Shown here: positions 44,035-54,735 of the stretch, piece by piece
Layout of the letters: each line of letters begins with the position of its first letter
Numbering within the stretch: position 1 is the first letter of the stretch
DNA from: a virus
Reading direction: 5' to 3' (one strand)
Virus record (IMG/VR): IMGVR_UViG_3300045988_147330
Location: 35,470-99,469 of that record
DNA length: 64,000 bases
Translations under genes and position numbers: made by a program
The notes under the pieces: model-generated
What the model saw: the letters and a program-made list of their open reading frames with translations, nothing else
What the model was told of the DNA's origin: nothing
The model's database searches: none

Positions 44035-44500
44035 TAACAGGAGGAAATTAGCGATAGCAAACCTTTGTCGTGCATATCTTCATGTACATGGGTTTTTAAC
44101 CGATGTAGATAATAATAAAATTCATTTACGAATAATGCATTGGCAGGATGAAAACGAGGTTGAAATTACAAAAGCCCAATTATATTCCGCTGACTTTACC
44201 TATGACGATAACGCCAAAGAGGAGCTATTAAGAAACGGTGAGAAGTCTAAAAATAAGATGAAAATAGAAGAAGTAAAATTGAAGAGATACTTTCCGAGTG
44301 AAGGTATGGCGCTAAAAATAACCATCCGGATGTATGATTATAGTGAGCACAAATTTGTTGACAGCGTTTCATACACAAAAGAACAAGGGGTTATAATTGA
44401 TGAAAATAGGTTGATATCAGTAAAAGAAGTACCTATGGAAGAGTATAATGATTGGATTAATAATACGCCCGGACTTGCAGTTTCGGCATTTAGTTTTTGA
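44024..44500 (+). CDS. hypothetical protein
   Basis: 158-aa ORF. Confidence 0.5.
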   Translation: MESDNRRKLAIANLCRAYLHVHGFLTDVDNNKIHLRIMHWQDENEVEITKAQLYSADFTYDDNAKEELLRNGEKSKNKMKIEEVKLKRYFPSEGMALKITIRMYDYSEHKFVDSVSYTKEQGVIIDENRLISVKEVPMEEYNDWINNTPGLAVSAFSF

Positions 44501-44504
44501 AACT

Positions 44505-44843
44505 ATGAGAGGAAAATTGAAAACATCGTTTCTTGCGTCAGAAGATATGACTCTTTTAGAAGGAGCGGAAGTGGAAATCGTAGATATTCGCTATGGGTGT
44601 GAAACCTATTATATGTGCAATATACCATCAGGAATCCGTATTCCTATTGAAAGTAATAAAATAGAAATAACTGATTATACACCTTTTGTAGATTGGAATA
44701 CTTTGAGAAGGGAGTACGCATGTAGGGCAATGCAGGGTATTTTAAGAGTTTACTGTACTGTGAATGACCCTGAAAGATATGCACTTGTAGCCAAAGATGC
44801 TGTAAAATACGCAGACGCGTTAATAGATGAACTAAGAAAATAG
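44505..44843 (+). CDS. hypothetical protein, IDWEQRRYELAK-family relative (paralog 3)
   Basis: VDWNTLRREYACRAMQGIL...KYADALIDELRK parallels 2441..2767; start set at ATG 44505. Confidence 0.5.
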   Translation: MRGKLKTSFLASEDMTLLEGAEVEIVDIRYGCETYYMCNIPSGIRIPIESNKIEITDYTPFVDWNTLRREYACRAMQGILRVYCTVNDPERYALVAKDAVKYADALIDELRK

Positions 44844-44869
44844 TCTTTCTACATATTCATTTAGGGAAA

Positions 44870-44912
44870 ATGAAAATTCCCCTTACTAATTGGAAGCAAG
44901 GGGAATTTTCAT
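44870..44912. terminator. bidirectional terminator, 15-bp perfect stem
   Basis: atgaaaattcccctt (44870-44884) / aaggggaattttcat (44898-44912) between convergent genes. Confidence 0.65.
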
Positions 44913-46015
44913 TATAGTTCAGGTCCCATAGATATAAGTAATGTACTATCTTTGTAACTTCCACTATTAAGACTAACCCATATTCTACAACTTCTAGATT
45001 GAATCATATCAGATGAGATAAATATCCTTACCTTTTTATCAACCGAAGAATTAGCAGATACTTGAAAGTTTTCTATATTGACACTTGTTTCGCCTATCGT
45101 CATTGGATCATTAAAATCCTTATTTGTATATCTAGCCAAGCAGACATTGTTTGAAAAACTTATTGAACTACTTTGCCCATTACGTACTCTTACAGTAACT
45201 TCTATATAACCTGTAACAGTCGGCAAAGTACCTCCAAGTATAGATATGCTTACATAAGATCCTACAATTTCTATCTCTGCTTTTTTCATCATAGGAATAG
45301 AATAAGCGCTATGCAGTATATCAGGATCATCCTGGTTTAATATGGCTGTGCTTAAAAAAGGATAAACATCCCATTTACCAGTTGCCATTCCCCATGAGTT
45401 CACTGTTACCATAGCATATCCTGTCCCTATCTTCTTATCAGCAGTAACACGCCTGTACATCTGAGTAGTTTTGCTTTTAACATAAACACCAAAATAACAC
45501 TCTGCTATCTCAGCAAAATCCCCCATGTTTAGGAAATCAGCCTCAGTTCCCTGTGAAGGCATCATTATAGCAGCAGAACATGTAAAGCTACTACTAGTAA
45601 ACTGATTTGTAGCTGTAGCAGGGCACATGAACTTATCTATAGGAGGATCGGCATAGTGATTATAACCATTAAAATCAGTAAGACGATATGGGAAATTACC
45701 GCCTGTTGGTGGGCTATACTCCCACCCATTCATACTACCATCAGCATAATTTTCGGCATCCGTATAACTTGAAATACGTTTTGGCTTCACACCACAATTA
45801 CCATCCCAAGCCTTCCACCATTTTTCTCCATCACTAGGACCAAGGCTTTCATATCTTACAGGCTTGTATCTAGCCCAAGGATTTATCTTCCCATGTGTAT
45901 TTGCGCACGCATATCCTAAATCATACCCAATACCAATAGCACCGATACCAAGCGTAGCATAAACATCATCGCTCAAATTTATTGGAGCAGTTATCTTACC
46001 GTTAGAATGTCCCAT
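44912..46015 (-). CDS. fibre-tip / receptor-binding-like protein (paralog A)
   Basis: N-terminal 45 aa near-identical to 62593..63765 (134 bp, 4 mismatches); shared PYRLTDF.GYN motif; follows the giant fibre gene. Confidence 0.55.
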   Translation of the reverse strand: MGHSNGKITAPINLSDDVYATLGIGAIGIGYDLGYACANTHGKINPWARYKPVRYESLGPSDGEKWWKAWDGNCGVKPKRISSYTDAENYADGSMNGWEYSPPTGGNFPYRLTDFNGYNHYADPPIDKFMCPATATNQFTSSSFTCSAAIMMPSQGTEADFLNMGDFAEIAECYFGVYVKSKTTQMYRRVTADKKIGTGYAMVTVNSWGMATGKWDVYPFLSTAILNQDDPDILHSAYSIPMMKKAEIEIVGSYVSISILGGTLPTVTGYIEVTVRVRNGQSSSISFSNNVCLARYTNKDFNDPMTIGETSVNIENFQVSANSSVDKKVRIFISSDMIQSRSCRIWVSLNSGSYKDSTLLISMGPEL

Positions 46016-46023
46016 AATTTTAT

Positions 46024-49000
46024 TTATTGATTGTAAATACCTAATCTATTTTCCAACTCTCTCACTCTTTTCTTTAATCTTGTAACTTCATCATCCACCT
46101 CTTGTAATCCTTTCCATACTACAGGAATTAATCTTTCATAAGTAACCGTATAATAATCGTGGAATACATCTCTTACCCATTGTTCAAATCCCCCTGCTAT
46201 AAGGTCTTGTGCTATCAAACCAAACTGGTCATAATCATTATTATATACCTCTGAGTTAGCTTTGGCAATATCATTCCAATGATATTTCACAGACCTAAAC
46301 TTATTTATAATATCCATAGCATTGTAATTCTGAATATCTTTCTTTAGTCTGATGTCAGAACCACTAGCCTTGGCTGTTATTTCTGCCTTAGAGTGTATTC
46401 CACCAGCAGGAGATATTTCAACCACATTTTGATTGGCCGTAGCAGTGCCAGTATCAAACGTGAACCAGCTAGTCGCATTCATACCGAACTGACCTCTGAA
46501 AGTTCCTCCACCATTATAAAATGCTATGGAGCTTCCTCCAGAACCACTAGTTCTTACTAACTGAATAGTATCATAGGTGTCAGTCTGAATACGTAATCTT
46601 TTAGAATTATAATTACGTATATAGTTAGCATCAGTCATATACCATCCACCTCCATAGTTTTCATGATACCATCCTGTATTTCCCGTACTTCTGAACCAAT
46701 CAGAGCATCTTATGGAATTAGGCAGTAGCAGGGTAACATTACCTGACCCGTTCACATTCACTCCTGCACTTACCCTGTAGGAATCATGGCTGTTCGTATA
46801 GAACGTTCTTGTTGTTCCCCAATATGATGTGGTGATATTGGCTGTTCCATCAAAAGTAGTACCGTTGATATTACGCGCCGTCTGTAACCTTGAAGCAGTA
46901 GCGGCATTTCCTGTTATGCTTCCATCAAATACAGTGTTACCTACCTCTGTACATCCAGACGGAAGATTATCCATATTTGTACTCTTAGGCTCAAAGACTA
47001 ATGTACCATTTGAACTTCTTGATACTATATCAAATGAACCAGGGTTCCATGCGCCAGATTGGTAGTAAAAATCAATGTAATTATATCCGCTTGTCTGCTT
47101 TGTTATCTTATACCATAGCCTAGCACTTTGACCGTTTACTTGAAACTTTGAGATATATACACTTGTACCATTATCTCCATAAGCATACTGACCTGAAACT
47201 ATATCTACATATAATATTGCTCTATGGTATCTTGTTTTTATATCTATATCAACCCTCAACGTAGAATAACCAGAGCTATTTGCTATTCTGAATAAATAAA
47301 TATAATTATATGGAGCAGTACCACTTGTATATAATGTACGTCTACCTATTATTGATGTAAATGCCGTTTGGTGATAACCATCCAACAAGTCCGCATTTAA
47401 ATTGGTATTCAATGTAGTAGAAGAACATTGGTAAGGCTGTGTGCCTGTACCTACAGTAGACCTGAAATATCCGTCAGTTCTAGTGTTACCTGCAACATGT
47501 AATTTTTCGCCCGGAGAGTTAGTACCGATACCTGCCAATCCTCCACCAGTACACATAATCAGATATTTTCCCGAATGGTGCTGTAGGAACAGATGATGGT
47601 CATATCTGTTTATCTCTCCATTATAGGCAGCATCATAATTACCACTACTGTTTACTCTTCCGATACATATAGAGCTTTCTTTAATACCTCCTGCAACATT
47701 AAGAACTCCTGTTCTAACATTCAACCACATGGCGTTGTTTCCCTGCGCTACACTTCCTCCACTGAATGTGGGATACCAACCTATTCCATACCATGATGCG
47801 AAACGCAAATTTGCATCGGTTGAGGAAGCTACATCAGTGCCACCGTGAATCCAAACGCCCGAATTTTTAGCCACTCTTGTTGACCAACCTATATTGAATC
47901 CTTTGGTATTATTCATAGTCAAATCACCTGTCATAGTATCTCCGGTTACATTGACATATCTTCCGTCAAGGTCGGACAGATGTTGCCCGTCAAGTAAATC
48001 CGCGTTAAGGTTACTTACAACCGTATTGCTTGCCACAATAAACGGAGCAACGCCACTTGCTATGGTAGATTGTAACTGAACATAGCTTATGACCCTGTTT
48101 GAAGCTATGCTGAATAAGTTCTTCAAAGCAGAGCTTGTACAAACACTCTCTACCGAGCCTGATAATACTGTTGTATAAGTCTGGAATAAATGGGCAGCAG
48201 CAATATGTCTTATTCTGTCAGGTCCCGAATTACTTGCGGTTATGGCATCTGTACCATTGCCTATATCGTTCCCTTTGAATAATACCAGCTCACCACTTTC
48301 CGTACCTCCCCAAAGTCTTTCAGCAATGAACGTATGGTTATAACCGCCTGGTCCATCTCCCGTAGTTCCGTAGAAATATATGGTATTGGGAGAAGTGGCG
48401 TTTCCTATCTTCAAGTCACCGCTCATGGTGATACTTCCCACACCTGTCATATCACCGCTTACATTAGCCGTGCCGTTGAAAGGTTGTCCCCAAAGGGTAC
48501 GGGAATTAACAAGAAAATTAGCTGCATTGGAAATTCCTGCCGATAAAGCAGTAAAAACATGTCTTGTTCCCTCAGGTGTTCCTGTAGTACCATTATTTTG
48601 CGTAGTTACATACCCATAAGGATATTGCTCAACTATCTTGACTGCAATATATGGGTCATAGCCACTTTTAGTACATTTCATCCATATTCTCCATATTATA
48701 CCATCATCCGATGTACAGCGTAATTCTGGAAGAGTACTACGTCCGAAGTTAGTAACATAAAAAAGAGTACTTGCTGTATTATCAGTGTTTCTTCGTAATC
48801 TAAGCACTGCACGTCCACTAGATTCATTACCCGTTTCTGTTCTACACAAATCAAATACTACATAAGCACGTAACTGATTCTGTCCGCTAGGAATAACAAA
48901 CCTCAAAAATTCTATATAGTCATATTTATTATACTGTGAAACAAAAGTATCATACACACGGTTCTGATAGTATGCTCCATGTTGACCGTCTAGCAGGTCA

Positions 49001-52000
49001 GCGTTCAAATTACTTACCTGAGTAGTGCTACTAACCGTAAAAGGTGCTGTACCAGTTGCGACAGTTGCCGTAAATTTTGGTGCTACTGTGTTATTGGAAG
49101 TAACCTGTAATGCCAACTTATTGTTATGGTCTACCACACCAAATCCTGCACTATCCGTACCACCGCCTCTAAGATTACCTATATACCAGTATGTATCATA
49201 CCAGTTGAACCTTAATCCATTTCTTATAGCTGTTAACCCTCCGCTATTCTCTTTGATAGTACCATTATTTGTATAGATATTGGTGATATCACAGTTTTCC
49301 AACCCCTTGAATATAATGGAGCCAGTGGTAGATGCGGATGTAAGAGTTCCGGTCATGGTATCACCAGCCTTTTTCACCCATCTGCCATCAAGTACCGAAG
49401 TCGGTATATGACTTGCATCTATGACTTTACTTGAATCAGCCTTAGTAAGTTCAGTCCACATGGCTGTAGCATCAAGTCCTCCCTGTCCAGCCATGTCATA
49501 TATTTTCTTTATCGTATACGCATTAAACGTATTATTGAGGTCGGTATCGGAAAAGGTAGTGCCATCAGTAAGATTGGCAAAACTGTAAACTGTTTTAATA
49601 GCACCACCTTCACTAGATCCTCCTTGCTGTATGCCTTTTGCGGAAATGAAACTTGTCGCGTAAAAGCCTATCGGAGTAGTATTATCCTTTTTGACTACAT
49701 ACACAGCATTGTTAGCGGCATCCCATTTAAGGTAAGCATCCCCTATCTGCACATAATCAGATGCAGCAAATTGCGCAGCAGTTACTTTGCCTGTAAAATT
49801 AGCGGCTACGCCATTAAGATATCCTTGCTTATTTATTTGTATTACTCCATCATCTGACGTATCTCCATTAGGACGGAAATAAATCATTCCATCTCCGAAA
49901 CTAGAGATAACAGTATTACCAGATGAATTTCTGAAAACAGTATTTCCACTATAAGATAGACCTTTTGTGTCATTTATTCTTATGAAATTTGTAAATGTCT
50001 TGTTCCCAGTTATTGCTTGGTCTGTTGCAAGTGTTACAAATTTTTTATCAGCTTGAACCTGTGTATATGCATCAGTAATGCCATATCCCGCCAATGTGGT
50101 AGGATTATCACCAACTGTTACACGTCCATACGTATCAACAGTAACCTTTGTATATGTACCAGCTTTCACTCCTGATGTAGCTAGTGATATTGTGCGATTT
50201 GCAGATAAATTTCCGCCACCTGTAAGTCCTGCTCCTGCACTTATTGTTATAGTCTTATCCGCTTTTAACGCAAGAAGATCGGCTAAATTATCGCTTTCTG
50301 TAAGTCCCTCTAAAAAAGCCTCAAGTTCTTTCCATTTATTGATGATATTATCTGTATCGCTTCCTTCAAGGAAATCATTCAGCTTGTTGCTAAGTTGCGT
50401 TACAGTATTGTTCAATGTTCCCAAATCCTGTTGTTTCGCAAACACTTCGCCAAATACTACTGTAATAGTTTTACCATCCGAACTAAGCGACATATCCGTA
50501 ACAGCGTTACCACTTCCAGATGGGGTGATATTTTTTATTCCACCACCCTCTTTCGCCATTTTCCAGATCTCATTTATCGTATACGCATTAAACGTATTAT
50601 TGAGGTCGGTATCGGAAAAGGTAGTGCCTAAACTAGAATAGCCATATACATTATTTATTAATCCGCTTCCACCGCCACCTCCTCCAGGGGATACGCCTAG
50701 TGCCGATATCCATCCTTTAGTATACAATCCTATTGTCGTACTCCCATCAATATGTTCAAATGTGACAGCCTTATTTGTAGAATCATATACAATTTTTATA
50801 TCTCCTACCTGTAATGAGTTTGTTTTTACATTATTGGATGTTATTGTTCCACTAATATTAGCTGATACGGAATATATATTTTCCCATCTTTTCGTATCAA
50901 GTCCGAGTGTAGATGCGTTATTTACACTCGGAACGATATTTGCTGTAGACAATTGACCAGTAAATATCTTATTTGCCGTAACTGTCTGTTCCGTATCAAT
51001 CGTTACATATTTATTGTCAGGGAGATGGGAGATGTGGATTTTCTTTGTTGCATCGTCCTTTCCCAACTCCTGCCACAGTTTGTCCGCATTCATTCCGCCT
51101 TCCTTGGCTAGTTTCCATATCTCGTTGATAGTATATGCGTTGAATGTGTCAGTAAGTGTATCATTGTTGAATGTCTTGCCTAAATCAGCAAATCCATATA
51201 CTGATTGTATTATTCCTCCTCCGCCTGGACTTCCTCCACCAGATTGTGCTCCCAACGCTGAGATCCATTGGTTTGTATAGAACGCGGACTTGCATCGTAA
51301 AGCCTGTTTTTCTTCATCCCATTCAAACCATCCATTAAATTTTTGGAATGATGCTATAAGGTCATTAAGAAGCTGCTCTGAGAAAATGTTTGTTCCACTT
51401 CCCGTACCGCTTCCTCCTAATGTTACATTTGTCGTATTCTGCGTTGAAACGGTCTGATTTTCTTGTGCAAGACGCTCATAGAACGACAATATTTTTCTTC
51501 TTGCTATGGTACATGAATATGACGGGAACAGATTATCTTTGGAATATTTTATTTCCAACGATTGTATCTGCAACTGCATATCCACAATCTGTCCATTATC
51601 GGAAAAATCAAACACTCCTATTCCATCATCCCTAACCTTTAGCATGTTTCCTTCTATGAAGTTTATGAACAGATTTGGGTGTTCGGCAACAAATCCGCTT
51701 GATATATCCAAAGAAACAGTTCTGTTTTCATGGTCATATCTTGACAAATAATCACGAGATACTTTTTCAAGAGTATTCTCAGCCATTGTCTCATACGATT
51801 TGGGCATGACAATATTAAGAATTACAAATTCAGTTCCCTCAGAAATGGCAGGAGATGAACCGTCTGTATAGAGCGGAAGTTTGGCGTTATCACTGTCTGT
51901 TCTGTAACATGATATCTTGTATCGTGCTCCCTTATTGAACATAGCAACGTCTTCTTCTGTTTCTCCATTCTCACTACTTACTTCTCCATAAAGAGGGATT

Positions 52001-53751
52001 ATCCCGTTTTTGTTTATCTTAAATTCCGTACCAGTATAAGTACCTGTGCGCATACTGAATACAGCATCCGTTACAGAAGCATATTTAAAATAAAATCTGT
52101 CTTGTGAACCATCTTGATTTCCAAAATGTATATTACAGGTCATTTCCTCACTGAAACCAATCTTACAGCTTCCGGCAGGAACATCGGAATCAAACGTAAA
52201 CTCAACACCGATAGAAACTGTCGTATTCTGACCTTTTTCAATATATCCTGTAAGGACTGTCTTATCAAAAGGTATTTCAAGCATATCGGTAGCTCCCTCT
52301 TCTCCAATAACAACCTCTTTTACAGGAGAAGCCTGTCCCAATAAACGGTTTATAACCATACGTAGGTTAATCTTCACCTTTTTCCCTACAGCGTCACTTC
52401 CTACAGGCAATATACTGAAAAGCATTTTTCCTGAGAATGTAGCAGTGACTTTTACAGGCTGGTCATAGTACACTCTTGTGCCATATATGTCAAAACGTTC
52501 AGAATCCTTGTACTTGTCAAACATCGCATGAGGTTTGTATTGGGGATTCACATTGTCGTTTATCTTATCGGAAGAATCTCCATCCTCATATACTTTGTAT
52601 CCAAGGTTGAATCCAGGAGAAGTCATATAGATGAAGAAGCTATCACTATCATCACTCTTTATTGGAGTAGATCCGATAATCTTGTCTATTCGTGTAGATG
52701 CACTCACACCTTTCCCAGCAACCTTTCCGGATTGTGGATCGGGTTCTCCTGCGGATGTATATGTATCCCATTCTGGTAATCCTGATGGATATAGGTCCTC
52801 AAGTTTCTTTCCTCTTATAGACGGGTATACTCCACTGAATGTATTTGATACGGTTTTCCCTCTGACACCATAGTTTTTCAACCCATATTCGCTATCCAAA
52901 TAGTATCTTATATTCCCGGAAGAATCATTAGGGAGCAATATATATGGACAATAACGTGATTCATCAACAGGTTTAGCGTCTTTTTTGTAGTCAGGAGGAA
53001 CATTTCTGCTTCCTCCTTGTGGAATGATACGGGTTATAACAGGTGTGCTTGTATCTACGGAAGAGGAAACCTTTACAGCACCATCGCCATCACCTTGTTT
53101 GAATGTCCAGTCTATAGACGGTCTAGACTTATCTGTTATAGTTATGACCCCACCATTTGCGGTAGTAGAGAAATAGTAGTTCAGATAAAATTTATCATAA
53201 AAGTTTTTCAACCCGTCAAATAAGTTCGTTCCATCAGATATGTCAATCATATCTTCGGTCAAATCACCTTCTGCATCAACATTCAACGTCCATGTACCAA
53301 TGCCTGTATATCCTGCCCCAAGAGATGAATTGTAAGATTCTATATTTGCTTCGATACGTGCGGCAAGCTGCTTTGCATCACCCCAGAACTGGAACAAACC
53401 TCCATGAGTATATCTTGTCTGATTTATCTCTCCACCCGTTCCACTTACTATATCAAGAAATGCAACATTTTGCAGTAAAACTTCCTTTCCGTAAAACAAG
53501 AGAGAATATTTATATTTACCAGCCTCATTAAGATTATCTCCCGATGGAGCTTGATACAGGATGAATGTATTACCGTTATATACAACTGTATCATATTCCG
53601 ATTCGCTCTTGGAATTATATGCCTTGAACTGTATCGGAATAACGGAAACGACCTCACATGTCAATTTCCTTACTTCCTGCAAAGACGAACTGAATGAAAA
53701 ATCAGCACTCTCCGCAATAACCTTATTTCCTCTTTTAATCTGTAAAATCAT
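46024..53751 (-). CDS. giant tail fibre (2575 aa) with C-terminal S74 intramolecular-chaperone peptidase domain
   Basis: C-terminus SDIRLKKDIQ...FGLIAQDL...RLIPVVWKGLQEV + coiled coil (46024-46359); recurring NLNADLLDGQH and TFNAYTINEIWK.AKEGG modules. Confidence 0.85.
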   Translation of the reverse strand: MILQIKRGNKVIAESADFSFSSSLQEVRKLTCEVVSVIPIQFKAYNSKSESEYDTVVYNGNTFILYQAPSGDNLNEAGKYKYSLLFYGKEVLLQNVAFLDIVSGTGGEINQTRYTHGGLFQFWGDAKQLAARIEANIESYNSSLGAGYTGIGTWTLNVDAEGDLTEDMIDISDGTNLFDGLKNFYDKFYLNYYFSTTANGGVITITDKSRPSIDWTFKQGDGDGAVKVSSSVDTSTPVITRIIPQGGSRNVPPDYKKDAKPVDESRYCPYILLPNDSSGNIRYYLDSEYGLKNYGVRGKTVSNTFSGVYPSIRGKKLEDLYPSGLPEWDTYTSAGEPDPQSGKVAGKGVSASTRIDKIIGSTPIKSDDSDSFFIYMTSPGFNLGYKVYEDGDSSDKINDNVNPQYKPHAMFDKYKDSERFDIYGTRVYYDQPVKVTATFSGKMLFSILPVGSDAVGKKVKINLRMVINRLLGQASPVKEVVIGEEGATDMLEIPFDKTVLTGYIEKGQNTTVSIGVEFTFDSDVPAGSCKIGFSEEMTCNIHFGNQDGSQDRFYFKYASVTDAVFSMRTGTYTGTEFKINKNGIIPLYGEVSSENGETEEDVAMFNKGARYKISCYRTDSDNAKLPLYTDGSSPAISEGTEFVILNIVMPKSYETMAENTLEKVSRDYLSRYDHENRTVSLDISSGFVAEHPNLFINFIEGNMLKVRDDGIGVFDFSDNGQIVDMQLQIQSLEIKYSKDNLFPSYSCTIARRKILSFYERLAQENQTVSTQNTTNVTLGGSGTGSGTNIFSEQLLNDLIASFQKFNGWFEWDEEKQALRCKSAFYTNQWISALGAQSGGGSPGGGGIIQSVYGFADLGKTFNNDTLTDTFNAYTINEIWKLAKEGGMNADKLWQELGKDDATKKIHISHLPDNKYVTIDTEQTVTANKIFTGQLSTANIVPSVNNASTLGLDTKRWENIYSVSANISGTITSNNVKTNSLQVGDIKIVYDSTNKAVTFEHIDGSTTIGLYTKGWISALGVSPGGGGGGSGLINNVYGYSSLGTTFSDTDLNNTFNAYTINEIWKMAKEGGGIKNITPSGSGNAVTDMSLSSDGKTITVVFGEVFAKQQDLGTLNNTVTQLSNKLNDFLEGSDTDNIINKWKELEAFLEGLTESDNLADLLALKADKTITISAGAGLTGGGNLSANRTISLATSGVKAGTYTKVTVDTYGRVTVGDNPTTLAGYGITDAYTQVQADKKFVTLATDQAITGNKTFTNFIRINDTKGLSYSGNTVFRNSSGNTVISSFGDGMIYFRPNGDTSDDGVIQINKQGYLNGVAANFTGKVTAAQFAASDYVQIGDAYLKWDAANNAVYVVKKDNTTPIGFYATSFISAKGIQQGGSSEGGAIKTVYSFANLTDGTTFSDTDLNNTFNAYTIKKIYDMAGQGGLDATAMWTELTKADSSKVIDASHIPTSVLDGRWVKKAGDTMTGTLTSASTTGSIIFKGLENCDITNIYTNNGTIKENSGGLTAIRNGLRFNWYDTYWYIGNLRGGGTDSAGFGVVDHNNKLALQVTSNNTVAPKFTATVATGTAPFTVSSTTQVSNLNADLLDGQHGAYYQNRVYDTFVSQYNKYDYIEFLRFVIPSGQNQLRAYVVFDLCRTETGNESSGRAVLRLRRNTDNTASTLFYVTNFGRSTLPELRCTSDDGIIWRIWMKCTKSGYDPYIAVKIVEQYPYGYVTTQNNGTTGTPEGTRHVFTALSAGISNAANFLVNSRTLWGQPFNGTANVSGDMTGVGSITMSGDLKIGNATSPNTIYFYGTTGDGPGGYNHTFIAERLWGGTESGELVLFKGNDIGNGTDAITASNSGPDRIRHIAAAHLFQTYTTVLSGSVESVCTSSALKNLFSIASNRVISYVQLQSTIASGVAPFIVASNTVVSNLNADLLDGQHLSDLDGRYVNVTGDTMTGDLTMNNTKGFNIGWSTRVAKNSGVWIHGGTDVASSTDANLRFASWYGIGWYPTFSGGSVAQGNNAMWLNVRTGVLNVAGGIKESSICIGRVNSSGNYDAAYNGEINRYDHHLFLQHHSGKYLIMCTGGGLAGIGTNSPGEKLHVAGNTRTDGYFRSTVGTGTQPYQCSSTTLNTNLNADLLDGYHQTAFTSIIGRRTLYTSGTAPYNYIYLFRIANSSGYSTLRVDIDIKTRYHRAILYVDIVSGQYAYGDNGTSVYISKFQVNGQSARLWYKITKQTSGYNYIDFYYQSGAWNPGSFDIVSRSSNGTLVFEPKSTNMDNLPSGCTEVGNTVFDGSITGNAATASRLQTARNINGTTFDGTANITTSYWGTTRTFYTNSHDSYRVSAGVNVNGSGNVTLLLPNSIRCSDWFRSTGNTGWYHENYGGGWYMTDANYIRNYNSKRLRIQTDTYDTIQLVRTSGSGGSSIAFYNGGGTFRGQFGMNATSWFTFDTGTATANQNVVEISPAGGIHSKAEITAKASGSDIRLKKDIQNYNAMDIINKFRSVKYHWNDIAKANSEVYNNDYDQFGLIAQDLIAGGFEQWVRDVFHDYYTVTYERLIPVVWKGLQEVDDEVTRLKKRVRELENRLGIYNQ

Positions 53752-53757
53752 TGGACT

Positions 53758-54258
53758 TTAAATCGTTGGTTGATCAATACTGAATTTTAATGAAAATGTA
53801 TAAGCAGACACAAGTTTATCTGGATTTTGTATATCCTGAACATCTTGATAGCTTAATTTAGCTCCTGTTTCAAAACCCGTACATCTTATCACTTGCTTTG
53901 CCGATTCTCCCCATATTTCATTCCAAATAGAAAAGGATGATGTTCCATATGGCATACCAACAGATTCAGGTATGACATTGGTTATATATGAATAAAATGA
54001 GCGTATATTTGTCTTTACTGTATTAACATCACCCATAGCGGCAAATTTAATACTTCCTTCTGTAGGCTGATATACGGGTGTGACAGGCTCATATACCTTT
54101 TGTCCGTTCTTGTCATACCAATTTTCGACATACGCTTCTTTCTTTGTAGGTAAGTCCCATAAGCCTTTGCTTTCAAGTATATACAGCTTGTATGTAGCAT
54201 ATAAATCTTTTGCTGCATCACTTCCTTTCTTGATAAAATATTTAGCTATAGCCATCAT
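53758..54258 (-). CDS. tail protein (hypothetical), immediately upstream of the fibre gene
   Basis: Start set at ATGATG (MMAIAKYF) at 54258; the track's longer N-terminus (to 54306) runs into the repeat element. Confidence 0.55.
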   Translation of the reverse strand: MMAIAKYFIKKGSDAAKDLYATYKLYILESKGLWDLPTKKEAYVENWYDKNGQKVYEPVTPVYQPTEGSIKFAAMGDVNTVKTNIRSFYSYITNVIPESVGMPYGTSSFSIWNEIWGESAKQVIRCTGFETGAKLSYQDVQDIQNPDKLVSAYTFSLKFSIDQPTI

Positions 54259-54278
54259 TGTACTTTTAATTATTGCAA

Positions 54279-54664
54279 AAGGTATTAAGGAACAAATTGA
54301 CACCATTACAAATCGTTATAACAAATGGTTATACTTGTTCCATATTTCAAGTTGCTAAGATAGCTAGAAAAATCAAAATAACAAAAAGGTAACATATTTA
54401 TAATATATTAACACGTGTTTTTTTCTATTGTAATAACAATATAATATATTTGCATTGTCAATAATAGGAGGATATTATAGCGAATATGCAATTAGTTTAT
54501 AAATTTGACATCAATCATTCTGACAGGCTTTGCGCTATCTGCCGTGTTACGAACAATCAAAAGTATTCGGTGATTCTTTTATGATAGCCGATAGTGGGCG
54601 TTGGTATCGCCCTGAACGGATTAACGTTCTAAAATGTTTGTGAATACATGTACATTAATACCTT
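54279..54664 (+). repeat. repeat copy 3: promoter block + TnpB 3'-end/right-end-like module
   Basis: See copy 1; contains -7 motif TATATTTG at 54445-54452. Confidence 0.85.
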
Positions 54665-54735
54665 GCAAAAATAGCAAAAATAGTTTTACCAAACATCGAA
54701 CTTTAAAATTAATTTAGTATGTTTGCATAAAAATT

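Noticed and set aside
54080-54358. Plus-strand 92-aa ORF, and the N-terminal extension of the minus-strand gene up to 54306
   Set aside because: Both run into the repeat element, which also occurs at 6977 in a non-coding context. The minus-strand gene has a good internal ATGATG start at 54258.
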